DNA of 64,000 nt from Amphiscolops sp. MND2022 (GCA_964187785.1 OZ076409.1:5768001-5832000), one strand, 5' to 3'. Shown: positions 24,828 through 36,172, counted from the stretch's first letter. The notes: a model not told the origin generated them from the sequence alone. A program made the numbers and translations.

Positions 24828-25560
24828 CTCCCCCTGGCATAAGTAGAAAAGCGTTTGCGTTCATGCCATCTAGGAATGCTCTCCTCCTTGCCTGAGTCTC
24901 AGCTAGAGTCTCTCCTACAGTTACTGTCCTGTCCAGATATTCATTGACGGTCTCTTCTTGAATTTGTTTGACTGATTTCCCGCATACCACACAGTCTGAG
25001 TAGTTGACTAAGGAGGGGGGCTCGGCAAGGACCATCTCGTCGAAATGACTTGCCACCGCTTCCATTGACGTGTTCATGGATGATGGTGAATCGTCATGAG
25101 GTTCACATGGGTATTGTAGTCCTCTGTCCTGTTCAGGTGGAGATAGCGGGGTGTCCACTTGCGGTACTAAATTTCGGCATATATTTATGGGGTGATTAGA
25201 TTTGATCCTGTTGTCCCGACTTACAGGCCCATTTCCCCTTGCCAAGCTGAAGTACTTCTCCCCAAAGGTAGGAAATGGTGGCACATTTGGCCTGGGCGTC
25301 ACAGGTCTTTTCTGCTCCTGACCGGCTGAGGTTGAAGGAATTGATATGGGCTCCGCAAGTTGTCTTTCAATGCATTTGGCCATGAGTCTAATCTCGTCTG
25401 ATTCGTCTTCGGACGACAAGTTCAAGTCATCCACAGACCACCCACAATTCGAGTCCATCGCTTCCTCTTCGTCGCTAGAGATGTATATGATTGTCGGTTC
25501 CCCTTCTGATCTTGCTGCTCCGATGAAGTCCATCGGGAAGGTCTCGGAGATGTCTGACAT
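24742..25560 (-). CDS. Accessory ORF of element B (272 aa, unknown function), ends inside the 3' LTR
   Basis: ATG-to-stop ORF; acidic N-terminus with IIYISSDEEE; CVVCGK motif; no recognisable env signal peptide or TM segment. Confidence 0.75.
   Translation of the reverse strand: MSDISETFPMDFIGAARSEGEPTIIYISSDEEEAMDSNCGWSVDDLNLSSEDESDEIRLMAKCIERQLAEPISIPSTSAGQEQKRPVTPRPNVPPFPTFGEKYFSLARGNGPVSRDNRIKSNHPINICRNLVPQVDTPLSPPEQDRGLQYPCEPHDDSPSSMNTSMEAVASHFDEMVLAEPPSLVNYSDCVVCGKSVKQIQEETVNEYLDRTVTVGETLAETQARRRAFLDGMNANAFLLMPGGVSRAAACDGNWYSVGYNYNTLPGTLPMN
24828..24835 (-). promoter_or_regulatory. Polypurine tract of element B
   Basis: AGGGGGAG immediately before the TG of the 3' LTR. Confidence 0.75.
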
Positions 25561-26776
25561 AGCTCGGATTTTGAAGATTTTCTTTGCAATTTTGATTGTT
25601 TTCCTGTTGGAATTTAGGTGTTGTTGAAATCAACTGATTTTCAGCAGAGGAATTGAGATTATGGCGATCTCAGTTTCCTTCGACCGCGAGTCTCTTCGTC
25701 TCTCCTTTCCCGGGTTTTCACATTTCCCGGCAAGTAATTCTTCAATAACAGATTCCGCTTCTCTTGTTCTTTTATCATGCCGCCAAGACACTTTGTAATT
25801 GCCGACATCAGTTTTATTGACCATCATCAGCTAGGCTAATACTTCTAAGTTAGGAGAGTTACTTCAAGTGTTTATTAACACTCATCAGGTACTTGAGAGA
25901 CTCAAGGAGATAAAGTTATGGCAGTCAGCCACGCCGGCCTTCATCAATATGATCAACCAATAAGATTGCAGCAAAATTTCTCCCAAGTTAAAATGGCTTC
26001 TCAAGGTTGTAAATCCATATAAGGAATAATATAAAATGACCTTGAAAACGGAATAAAATGAAATAAAATAAAATAAAATAAAAACATGGAATAATTTTGC
26101 AAATAACAGTTTTCGAAATTAATGGAAAAGTAGATATCACTGGCAGCCTTTATCCACATATTTCCATAAATTGTAGATACTTGTAAATTTGACACCAAAT
26201 TGTATAGCCACGATCTCCAATCTTGACATCTTGTCACAACGCCAATTCATCTTTCAATTCTTTATCATTCAGTTGTACTATTCACTTCTTGTATTATCCA
26301 GTATTTAATCACCAACGTATTTACTCATCGTATATTTAACCAGTTATTTAGTCTTTGAGTCGTTTTTATTTATATTTTCCACTCGTCTTCAACACAGGAC
26401 TCAGTGTCCATTCGTCCTCATCCCCGTGGGTTTCCTCAACTTCTCCCGGAAAATCGACATCCAGTCCCAATTTTGGACGTCCCCATCTAGCTGTCAGCTC
26501 GGCTCGACTTATCTACACAAATATCACTTACCGACTCCCCCGCATTGGAATACTAACAGGTCAGTTGTTCTTCATACATCTTCATTAGCTAGGCTAGATT
26601 TTTGAACTAAATTGAGGCTTGATCAGGGCTCTCTTTTCGTTCAAGTACTTCCTGTCCACGTAACACGAGTGTTCACAAGTGTTCAATTTAATCTACTTCC
26701 GGAAGATTTTTTAACGCGGTTAATGGATTTTAACTCAGGAAGCTTGCCGCTTGAATTCAATTCTTTCTATTTAGAC

Positions 26777-29700
26777 ATGTCGTCTGAAGAACAAATCGCC
26801 GGCACAATTCTTCCAACATCAGAGAATCCCGAGGTTGCCGTAGAGACCAATACAGCACCAAAGGAGCCAGTAGTGATAACTCGTCCTGACTCCAACCAGT
26901 CATCTAGTAGTGGAAACACTGAAGAGAGCATAACCACATATGCGGAGAAAACTTTACGGACACTGGCTAGTGATAATCCTTCTCTGGATATTTCATTTCT
27001 CCCGGCACCGACACTACCTGAAGATGGAACAGCAGGGCCCATAAAGGTTTCCCAGTCGATAGGTTTTGAACGTCTAGGAAAGGAAGCCTTCTCACTCGAC
27101 GGCATGCAAGAAACTGGTAGCTACATTGAGCCACGGGACAAGAGCAAGGAGTACTTTGCCACTGATACTAGTGAGGCTGGCGAGCTGCTTGACGAGATGG
27201 GTACTGAAGGAACGCGTAAACGGCCTACCTCAAGCATTACCTGTTCTGAATTACCATCTGCAACCGAAGGTGCTGCCGGACAAGATACAGATGGTACTAC
27301 GTCTGGAGTCGCAAAGTCTGGGTTCCGAGAGGTGAAATTACCAGAACGATTTTCGGCTAATGGACAGGCTGTTTTAAGGAAACATTTCTCCTCATCTGCC
27401 CCAATTGAATTGCCTAAAGGTCACAGTACTGTTTCATTCAGTGAGCCGCAAATACATGCCGTCCTCAAAACCATATCAGATGAAACTGTGAAATCATCCA
27501 TCCATGCCATGCGTTCCCTTGTCTTACATGCTGTTTATGGGGCAGGAAAGCAGACTCCTGGACAGTTCCGGAAATCAATGGTTCGAGGCGTGGTCCCTAC
27601 ACGAGGCGATCCCAATAGCTCAGGTGCTGATACAGAAAGTGAGGGAGGAATGACAGACGATTATACGAGCGGAGCCCTCACCTCTGATGATGAGCTCGTT
27701 GTTGCAGCCAGGCCACGCTGTGGGACGCCACTACCAAGAGAACGTTCTGGCTACCCAAATACTTCCGATGGAGAGATGGATAGGACTCCTAGTACCAGCC
27801 ATACCACAGTCCCTAGTCCAGGCTACAGTGAGGGAGACTACCAACCTCTAAGTGCCATGCGGGTAGAAGACCAACCACGACGACCTGGAGGCAGTCCGCC
27901 GCGCAAGAAGCGGAGGTACGTGGGCAGACCTGGCAAAGTCATGAAGGCTGCCCATTTCAAAAGTATTCAGTGGACCAAGGTCTTCGTAACTGGACCACTA
28001 GATCCTGTGCATAACAAGCACAAATTCTACTGCCAAATTTGCAAGGCGAACGTGTCAATCTATTCCAAAGGGGCCAGAGAAATCGTGAGACACTACCAGA
28101 GTGAGACCCATCTGCGCAAAGACCAACGATGGCGCTACGAACACCTTAGTAGGGTGGACAAAATCAGTGGACAGATTGTCCATGCAGTTAGAGGGAGGGA
28201 CGGACATCTCCTTTCCGCTCTAGAATTAGAGAAGAAGCCACGTTTCGAATCGGCTCCATTAGTGGATATTGGCCCTAGATTTCCCTTTTACGACGACTAT
28301 ATGGCCAATGCTGGGGGAATTGCATGCCCCGAAGATTTGAGACTGGGTACTCAACTTTCTTTGATTGGACGAGCGGTCCCACATTTCGGCAATCTGACTG
28401 TACTGGAGAGACTGTGGGCCGAGGTTGGGAATTTCACCAATCATCAAGACACTTTCCGACAGCTTGATTGGAGTTCGCTCACGCTCACTGTAAGTCTTTC
28501 CATTCTTTCTAGAAGTTAGGACCACTAAGCGTATGAATTTTGAAAGTGTACCTTAATCCACTAAGTCTGTTGAGCCATAGTTTGCCCTTTCCAATTTTTG
28601 GTGATTTCGTTTTGTTCTAGGCCATGTTTCACCACATCTTTTTGCGCGGAATGGAGGATATAGCCCAGTCCGTGAATTCCTGCGGCGCATACTCTCTGGA
28701 GTTTGAACCACACGGAAATCAGTGCATCCTTTCAATCAGATACTGGAAGGCGAGTACCCTGGCCAAAGTTCAATTGTGCAAGTACCCACTGCCTTCGGAC
28801 CCGGGCCCCAGTCAGTTACTGATGATTTCACGCCTACTGTCCTCTCTTTCCACGCTGCCACAAATTGCCTGTGTATCAGGTTGTACTTCCGAGGTGTTGC
28901 GATCAGTTGAGCGTTCCGGGCTGTTCAAGAAGGGCATCGAGTACCCATTCCGCTTCAATGCCTTTTCTCTTCCCAAGCTAATGCATCAGCTTGAAGGGAG
29001 TGTGTTCGGACGAATTGACTTCTTCACACAGCTGAAGTACCTTCTGGCCTTCCTCAACAACAGTCTAGATGAGCCTTGGATGTCTTCTTGCCCAGAACTG
29101 ACCAAGGTTTGAATTAATATTGCTGGACTCGTATGTTTGCACATTGTTTGTGCGTCTCACAGCACAGAGTGTTCCTTTTAGGCTATAATCAATTTCGACT
29201 TGAAGATACGGTGCGTTCCGACTATTTGTACTGACTTGATCAGCAACTGGCAGCCTCTTCTTGACCACCTGACCAGACTTGCCCCTGGCTACGAAATGCG
29301 AGGAGTTAAAAATAAGGTTTCGATTTTTCCTTGTACCTGTTTCGGTTTTCTTCTCATGACGTACGACCCCAGGATCACTATCCATTAATTGCTTGAGTTC
29401 CCTTTTAGCCGCAGAGTCTTGAGTGGACTATCATCACCGATGACTTCTTCTTAGTCAAGTTGGAATTCTTTGGAAAGATCATCTATGATTGTGAGTATTG
29501 CTTTTGTTTCAGAGGGAATTTACTCGTGATCGTTCACGTAGTTTCTTTGCAGGGACTCACTAGGTAAGGCTTTGTACTCAAAGGTCTATTTCCCTGTTTA
29601 GATACTCGTTGCTTTGAGAGAAGTCTAGTTGGACACAGGGACGCTGGTTTCTTCACCTTTGGGCAGTTGAATAATTTTGCCCGTAAGCTATGCTATCGCT

Positions 29701-30761
29701 CTTTGCTCCCCAAGCACCATCCTAGCGAAACCGATTGGACTCAACTTCCCATTCTGCGAACTGCTGAATTGCGACAACTCTCCACCAGGGACTTTCTTCA
29801 CCGCTTGAAATTGAAAGAAGATCTAGACGGAGCTGCTAATTCTAAGGTCAAGCGGGACTACAGTGACAAGGAAGGGCCAATACCTAATTTCCCCAAACTC
29901 GTTGAGGAATGCAAGGAGAAGTTCGCTGGAAAAGCAAGGGGTTATGTGGTCTACCTTCTTGAGAAGCTGCTAGCGCATCACAGCATCAATGCTGAGATTG
30001 TGAAGGGAATGGCCAGTTTTGACCCACACATCCTCTTGAGTCTGCCTCGAGACCAGGCGACCTATTGTTACCGGGCACTGTATAACAGCTTCAATCTCCG
30101 TGGATGGTTGGAAGGATCCTCTGAAGACGACTGTCGGGACGAGTACCTCGAATTTATCGACTTATTTCGCGAAAAGTATGCTACTCTGGAAGATTCGCCT
30201 GATGGTTTTACTGATATGGTGGAATTGTTGTCTAATATGACTGAGCTCCGAAGTCGACCTCATTTGTATCGTTTATTTCGATTGTGTTGCTTGTGCTTGA
30301 CAGAGGACACCCCTTTGCTTCCGACTATCCGTTTCCAGGATGTTGACGCACAGAGTCCTCGGTGTAGATTGGGTGACGTGTTGCTTCCTGCTCAGTCTTT
30401 CCTAGCACGAGCCCCTGACGCCATCTCGGTTTGCACTAACGATGTCTCTTTGTGTAAATATCGTGAGGTTGAGCAGCAATTCAATTCTGGCAATGTGGCT
30501 GGTGACCCTTGGGTCCACGTCGACACTTTTGGGCGAGCTGATTTTTATAAGACTCTCCAAGCCGCTTACGAATCTGTGGTCCGAGTGCCGAGGTCAGCTT
30601 CCTCGAGTAAGACTGGTTCGCGTTCTAATTCTCCTGCTGCAGTTGGTCGGCGTAAATCTTCTCCTGGGAAAGCAAAAAAGAAAGTTTCTTTTGATGGCTC
30701 CAATGCTGTGAAGGGTACCACAGACGGCCAAGAAGCTGGACAGAAGGCCACTAAATCTTAA
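26777..30761 (+). CDS. Spliced antisense gene of element B: BED-type zinc finger + degenerate hAT-transposase-like protein (~1191 aa); exons 26777-28489, 28621-29106, 29182-29316, 29409-29490, 29602-30761
   Basis: GT-AG introns with compatible phases 0,0,0,1 give one open frame; NLS SPPRKKRR; FYCQICKANVSI..IVRHYQSETH; YSLEFE..ILSIRYW; DDFFLVKLEFF; RPHLYRLFRLCCLCL. Confidence 0.8.
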
Positions 30762-30983
30762 ATGTACATATGTACATTTGTTCTTTAGTCTGTTATTTTG
30801 TATTTAACATGAACTAACTGATCTTCCTTTTTTTGTTGAAGCTTTTGTGGATTGCTTGTTGACCCTTGGGTCTCTTTTATTGTTTTTTATTGTATTTATT
30901 TGAAAAGTTCAGAGTCAGAGTAGTCCCAGTAAAAATATTAATTTAGTCCAAGAGACTTATGGGACTTTAATTTACATGTCTGA

Positions 30984-33900
30984 CTAGTATCTGTATTCAT
31001 CAGTGAAGTTGGGGGTGGGGTTAGGTCGAAGATTATATTTCCCTCCTCTAGGGCTAGAATTTTCTTCATTTTTTCCTTTTTCCGATATTCCGGGCACGGT
31101 AATATCTACGCCCCTTTCTGAAGCAATTTCCTCATTTGTGACGTCATTTTGATTTTCCGTCCCACGTGGCGTTTCGTCTAGCGGGGACGACGCGTTACGG
31201 TTGCTGGCCGATCTCGGCCGTACTTCATTCTCGTTGACGTCATTGTCATTCATTCTCTCGCTGCTGCGCTCACTTTCGTTTACGCTGCTGCTTTCATTTT
31301 CGGTGACGTAATAGTCGACTTCTCCGTTCGCGGCGTCCTGTGGCAGACGCGTGGCCGTATGTGGCCAATCATTTATCTTCGGCTCGAATAGCTCGTACTC
31401 AAAGTCCGCTTCCCATGAAATGGTATACAGATCATCTTGCGGTATTACGATTTCTTCATCGGGCTGTAATTTCTCTTCTTCGTATTTGTCCTCTAGTGGA
31501 GCATTTGGGACAAATTTTTTGAGCCTTATCCGGTGCAAGATTTGCGTTTTATTCGTATTTAAACGACGCACTATATAATTGTTATTTGGTAAAGTTTTTT
31601 GAACAACAAAAGGACCAATCCATCGGAAGTCCCTAAATGGTATCTTAGAGCCTTGACTATCCGCTTTCGGTTGAAGAACAAAACAGTAGTCTTTCTCTTG
31701 TAGCGGAGCTGCTTTGGCCTTGCGGTCGTAGTACTCCTTGTACTTTAAATACGACTGCATAATATTCCTTTTGGTTTGATCAATGAGGATTTGTGTCCTC
31801 TGCTGCAATTCTTCCGCGAGTTCAGTCGTCGGTAGGAAATTTTTGTTAGGATTATTCCCTAATTTGTGATCCAGGACGTTATAGGGAATTCGGCCATGAA
31901 AGACTTTGCTAGGCTCACAACCAATACTAGCGTGATAAGTAGTGTTATAGTTAAGTACAGCTAATGGTAAATATTTGTGCCATTGACGACGGTATTCCCC
32001 TGAGGCCATCTTTAGGTTGGTTTTTAAAGAGGCGTGTGTCCTTTCAAGTTTACCAATAGTTTGCGGATGTTTAGTAGTGGCACACTTCAATGTGATCCCC
32101 AGTATTGCAGTAATTTCTTCTAAAATTTTTGATGTAAATGCGGATCCCTTGTCCGTGATGAGTGTTGTTGGCAAATACGAATGTTTCGTCATGATGTCAA
32201 TTATCACCTTGGCTACGTTTGCGGCTGTTGCCTCAGTTAGCGGGTAGGCGAATAAATATCTTGAAAATACGTCTATTGCCGTCATCACCGTTTGGTATCC
32301 GCCGCTGGTTGGTAAATTTGGCAGTATATCGATTTGCATGGCATCTTCTGGGCCTAGGTCCCATTCAGGTAAATTCAGTAATTCTGGGGTGATTACCGTG
32401 TTGGGGACCCTTTTGTCCTTGGCACATATTTCGCAGCCTTCTACCCATTTTTTGACGTGTTGAGCAATTCCGGGGTAGTAATATTTTTGGCGAATTTCCT
32501 GTAACATTTTAGAGATGCCCGGGTGTCGATGTGCCGTGCCATGTATTGCCTGTAATAATTCTTGGACTAAGTGTTTCGGTAACAGAATTTGATGGTATTT
32601 GATCTGGCCGGTTTCATCATAATACAGTCTGGTCACGATTTCGTCCTTAAGGACTATTCGGTCTATGTTGTTCAAATAGTATTTGTACCGAATATCCTGT
32701 TGCAAGATTTCTTCAGAGTATTCTTCCTTCTGAATTTTTGCTTTCAATTGGAGCAAAATCGGATCTTTAGACTGTTCAAGTAGTATCTGGTTAGTCCGTC
32801 GTAATTTTTGAGAGAAATTGGTAATTTCTTCTATTGTATTTTCGGATATGGCGTCAATGTGAATGACTGTCTCAGGGACCATGAGTCCCTTTTTGGATTG
32901 TTTTTTCCGTTCCCAAATCTGTTCTTCTGTTTCGTTATCTTCCTCAGTGAAGAAAATTTGCTCCTCCTCTGACACGCCGGCTGATTGGACGTTGACCTCA
33001 ATCGGTCTAGTTTCTACGTCCTCTCGTATTTTCAGGACCAACTTTTCAGTAGGATCCAATTCCATACGGGACAAGAAGTCTGCCGCTGTGTTGTTTTTGC
33101 CTGGAATGTGAGCTATAATGAAGTTGAACTGAATGACAAAATCACAAGCATTCCAGAGAGGCGGTGGAATTATCTTTGTCTGGAAGAACCTCGTGACCGA
33201 TTTGTTATCTGTGAGGATAATCACGGGTTGAGGTGTTCCCCAGAAGATATGTCCAAACTCCTTAAATGCGTAATATATAGCTAGGAATTCCTTTGCATAT
33301 ATCGACATTTTCAGTTGAGAAGGCGTGAAAGTTTTGGATCCATATGCAATCGGCGCATAGGACTTTTTAACAGAAGTGTATTTTTGATTTGGGTCGTCTT
33401 CGGTCAATATGGCGTAACCGGCTGCTGTAAAACTTGCGTCAGTCATGAGGACCAGTTGTTTGTTCGGCAGAGGTTGTTTCAACGCCAATTGACTACATCG
33501 GTCTAAATCACGGTTGATCGCATTAAATTGTTCAACCAGCTCTTGCGTGACTAGTACCTTTTCATCCTTTTTGAGCAATTGGAAGAAGGGAACTAGTTTT
33601 TCGGATAGCCTTGGAATATAATTCCTGTAGTAATTGAGGAAACCAATATAGCGTTGTAAGGCCTTCTTGGACTTTGGGAATTTCGTCTTTTCCAAGAAGT
33701 TAGCGATTCTTTCTTTTTGGGGCTTTACGCCTTCAGGTGTAATGGTTCTCCCAAGAAAGTCAATTTCAGTAGCGCCGAAATGGCACTTGTGCATGGACAA
33801 TTTCAATCCTGCTTCTCTGATACATTGGAACGTTGCTCTTAAGTTGACGATAAGCTGGTTAGCGTCTGTCGCCGCGACACCGATATCGTCCACATATTGA

Positions 33901-36077
33901 GCACATTGGTCTGCTTTTATAACACGGTCCAGGTATTCCCTCATGAAACTGGAGAAGGCCGACAGGGCTCTACTGAGTCCTTGGGCCAATCTTCTATATG
34001 CAAATGTCCTGCTGGCGAAGTTGAAAGCTAGCATTTCAATCGATTTCTGGTCTGCCATAGGAAGGCAATGATAGGCTTGGGAACAGTCGAGTTTGCAAAC
34101 GAGCTTTTTGCCTGCCATATGTTGCGCCGCATCCGTCAAGGTGCTGACTGGGTGGTTGTTATTGACGTAGTCATCTGAAATCAGATTATTGATCTTCCGC
34201 AAATCCACCAACAGTCTCAGTTTTCCATTGGGTTTTTTCTGCGCAAATATTGGACTGGCATACTTCGAGAATGGTAATGTTGTTATAATCCCATATTTAT
34301 GGAGTAATGCCAGTTCGACCAATATGTCCTCTTTGAGGTTGACCGGAGTAGGTAGGCTCTGACTGTAAGCAGGCGACTCGTCCTTTGGGGTCAGTTTGAC
34401 CGTAAATTCCTCATTGACTCCAATGTCAAATCTATGGCGTGCAAAGATGTCATGGAATTCCACTAATAGAGTTTCTATTTGTCTGATTTCATGTTGTAAC
34501 ATTGAGTCCTTCCAATCAAAATTGCTGAGGAATTTTCGACGAGATTCCGCATCGTCGTGCGGGTTGAGTTGTTCTAAACTTTGCAGGTTTCGTAATTCTT
34601 TGAGAATTCTTTGTTGTATTGGGGTATGGGTCGTTTCGTCCCCTGGGTTTTCAGGCGTCGGGAACCAATATTGTTCGTATTGGTCATTATTTCTGTTAGC
34701 TTTAAGAAGGCTACTAATATAATAAATGGCGTCGTCTTCATTTTCATTCAGTAAGTGCCAGGTGGACACTGGGTCTATTGGCCTGACGTGTTTCATCTGT
34801 TCAGGGGTCATCACTGAAAAGTTTGCAACGTGCATCCCTTTCTTTATTTTATAGGGTTGATCAGTGAAATTGTTGACGTGTATTCTCATAGCCCCTTCAT
34901 GTAGTGTGACTATGGCGGCACAGATGGTTATGTCACCTTCCTCATGCAGAAGATCGCTGGGTTGCAATATGCCCGTAACTGCATTTTCTGCGTAAATTTG
35001 CGATTGAATGGGTATGACCACATGGTCATTGGGCGAAATTGTGACATCCTCAGGATTGAGGATGGGTTCCAAAACATTTGAGTATTTATGGTCAGCCGTC
35101 TTAAGTTGCATCGAGAAGTAGGGAAAGTTGAGTATACCTTGGCGCATGTCCAGGACAGTGTGGTTCCTTTGAAGGAACATTAGTCCAATTATGGGGCTTG
35201 ACAGTTTTTCCATTACAATGAAAATTTCGTGAAATTCTATGTCGCCCACTTCGAATTTTAGTTCGACTGTGCTCTTTGGGGTTTCTAAGTCTCCATTTGC
35301 GACCATTATTTGGAAGGATGGGGCAGGACCTTCTTTTACAATGGATTGAGGGGCCAACAGGCGTATTTTCCTGAGGTCTGCCTCCGGGATTGCACTGGAG
35401 TGAGCTCCAGTGTCTATCAGGCCATCTAGAGTTAATTCCCCAAAGTCCATTGGGAAATAGAGCATTCGTCGTTTGAATTTAAGTCCAAGGTTTGTTGAAA
35501 GGGGAACGTATGGTAATTCTCCTTCTTTGGTCACTAGGAGGTGTAAGAAGGCTGTCTCGTCTAAAAGACTATTAGGAGCCTTGTGGTCCTCCTGTGTGTG
35601 TATAGCGTCTACTTCTTGTATAGTTGCTTCAAAGTTCGGCTGCCAAAGATCAATGAGGGCCCGAGACAGTGTGTTGTGTTCGATGTCTGGGTCGTCCTCG
35701 TCGTCAGTTGGAGGGTAATCTTCGTTTCGAAATTGTAAATTTGTTTTGTCATATAGTTCGTCGTCCCAGTACGGGTCTTTGCCATACTCGGGGTCATAGT
35801 ATTGAGGGTTATAATCTTCGACAGTTTGTAAGGGTCTAAATTGAGTTTCGGAGTCGTTGTAATTGCTATTCCGTCGATATAGGTATGGGTGATCACTGTG
35901 AATGATATATTGAGTTTCTTTGCGGGCGTCGGCCATCTGCTGCTGCCAGACAGTCGATGGCATCCCTGTGGTGTCGTTTTGAGTTTGTTTATATGTAATG
36001 TTTGCAGGGTCAGATATGACGTACTGTCGTACTGACATCTTGTTACATATTTGGAGTCGTGGCGAAACTAGTTTTTT
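30984..36077 (-). CDS. pol: Pol of element B (protease, dUTPase-like insert, RT, RNase H, integrase), probably reached by -1 frameshift
   Basis: LIDTGA; YVDD; TDAS/EFLA/TDNK; H-H-C-C finger, TDKGSAF..ERTHASLK; WIGPF; 1684 uninterrupted codons from the first ATG. Confidence 0.97.
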   Translation of the reverse strand, partial: KKLVSPRLQICNKMSVRQYVISDPANITYKQTQNDTTGMPSTVWQQQMADARKETQYIIHSDHPYLYRRNSNYNDSETQFRPLQTVEDYNPQYYDPEYGKDPYWDDELYDKTNLQFRNEDYPPTDDEDDPDIEHNTLSRALIDLWQPNFEATIQEVDAIHTQEDHKAPNSLLDETAFLHLLVTKEGELPYVPLSTNLGLKFKRRMLYFPMDFGELTLDGLIDTGAHSSAIPEADLRKIRLLAPQSIVKEGPAPSFQIMVANGDLETPKSTVELKFEVGDIEFHEIFIVMEKLSSPIIGLMFLQRNHTVLDMRQGILNFPYFSMQLKTADHKYSNVLEPILNPEDVTISPNDHVVIPIQSQIYAENAVTGILQPSDLLHEEGDITICAAIVTLHEGAMRIHVNNFTDQPYKIKKGMHVANFSVMTPEQMKHVRPIDPVSTWHLLNENEDDAIYYISSLLKANRNNDQYEQYWFPTPENPGDETTHTPIQQRILKELRNLQSLEQLNPHDDAESRRKFLSNFDWKDSMLQHEIRQIETLLVEFHDIFARHRFDIGVNEEFTVKLTPKDESPAYSQSLPTPVNLKEDILVELALLHKYGIITTLPFSKYASPIFAQKKPNGKLRLLVDLRKINNLISDDYVNNNHPVSTLTDAAQHMAGKKLVCKLDCSQAYHCLPMADQKSIEMLAFNFASRTFAYRRLAQGLSRALSAFSSFMREYLDRVIKADQCAQYVDDIGVAATDANQLIVNLRATFQCIREAGLKLSMHKCHFGATEIDFLGRTITPEGVKPQKERIANFLEKTKFPKSKKALQRYIGFLNYYRNYIPRLSEKLVPFFQLLKKDEKVLVTQELVEQFNAINRDLDRCSQLALKQPLPNKQLVLMTDASFTAAGYAILTEDDPNQKYTSVKKSYAPIAYGSKTFTPSQLKMSIYAKEFLAIYYAFKEFGHIFWGTPQPVIILTDNKSVTRFFQTKIIPPPLWNACDFVIQFNFIIAHIPGKNNTAADFLSRMELDPTEKLVLKIREDVETRPIEVNVQSAGVSEEEQIFFTEEDNETEEQIWERKKQSKKGLMVPETVIHIDAISENTIEEITNFSQKLRRTNQILLEQSKDPILLQLKAKIQKEEYSEEILQQDIRYKYYLNNIDRIVLKDEIVTRLYYDETGQIKYHQILLPKHLVQELLQAIHGTAHRHPGISKMLQEIRQKYYYPGIAQHVKKWVEGCEICAKDKRVPNTVITPELLNLPEWDLGPEDAMQIDILPNLPTSGGYQTVMTAIDVFSRYLFAYPLTEATAANVAKVIIDIMTKHSYLPTTLITDKGSAFTSKILEEITAILGITLKCATTKHPQTIGKLERTHASLKTNLKMASGEYRRQWHKYLPLAVLNYNTTYHASIGCEPSKVFHGRIPYNVLDHKLGNNPNKNFLPTTELAEELQQRTQILIDQTKRNIMQSYLKYKEYYDRKAKAAPLQEKDYCFVLQPKADSQGSKIPFRDFRWIGPFVVQKTLPNNNYIVRRLNTNKTQILHRIRLKKFVPNAPLEDKYEEEKLQPDEEIVIPQDDLYTISWEADFEYELFEPKINDWPHTATRLPQDAANGEVDYYVTENESSSVNESERSSERMNDNDVNENEVRPRSASNRNASSPLDETPRGTENQNDVTNEEIASERGVDITVPGISEKGKNEENSSPRGGKYNLRPNPTPNFTDEYRY
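36068..36077 (-). promoter_or_regulatory. -1 ribosomal frameshift site A AAA AAC followed by TAG
   Basis: gag frame TCA AAA AAC TAG; -1 frame AAA AAA CTA GTT is open into pol. Confidence 0.75.
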
Positions 36078-36172
36078 GAGTCCGTTTTACGTGAGTTTGA
36101 TTGGCTTGAAGATGCAGTTTCAGGGTTAGTTGACTTTTTGGACGATTTTTCATCGCCAGAGGTGTCATCAGC

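Noticed and set aside
29553..29563. 11-nt micro-exon in the antisense gene (cag|GGACTCACTAG|gtaagg)
   Set aside because: Inclusion creates an in-frame TAG; skipping keeps the frame. It could be a poison exon, but nothing here supports that
26612..30761. env gene or active nested hAT transposon
   Set aside because: Antisense, no signal peptide or TM segment; no TIR/TSD seen and catalytic motifs appear altered
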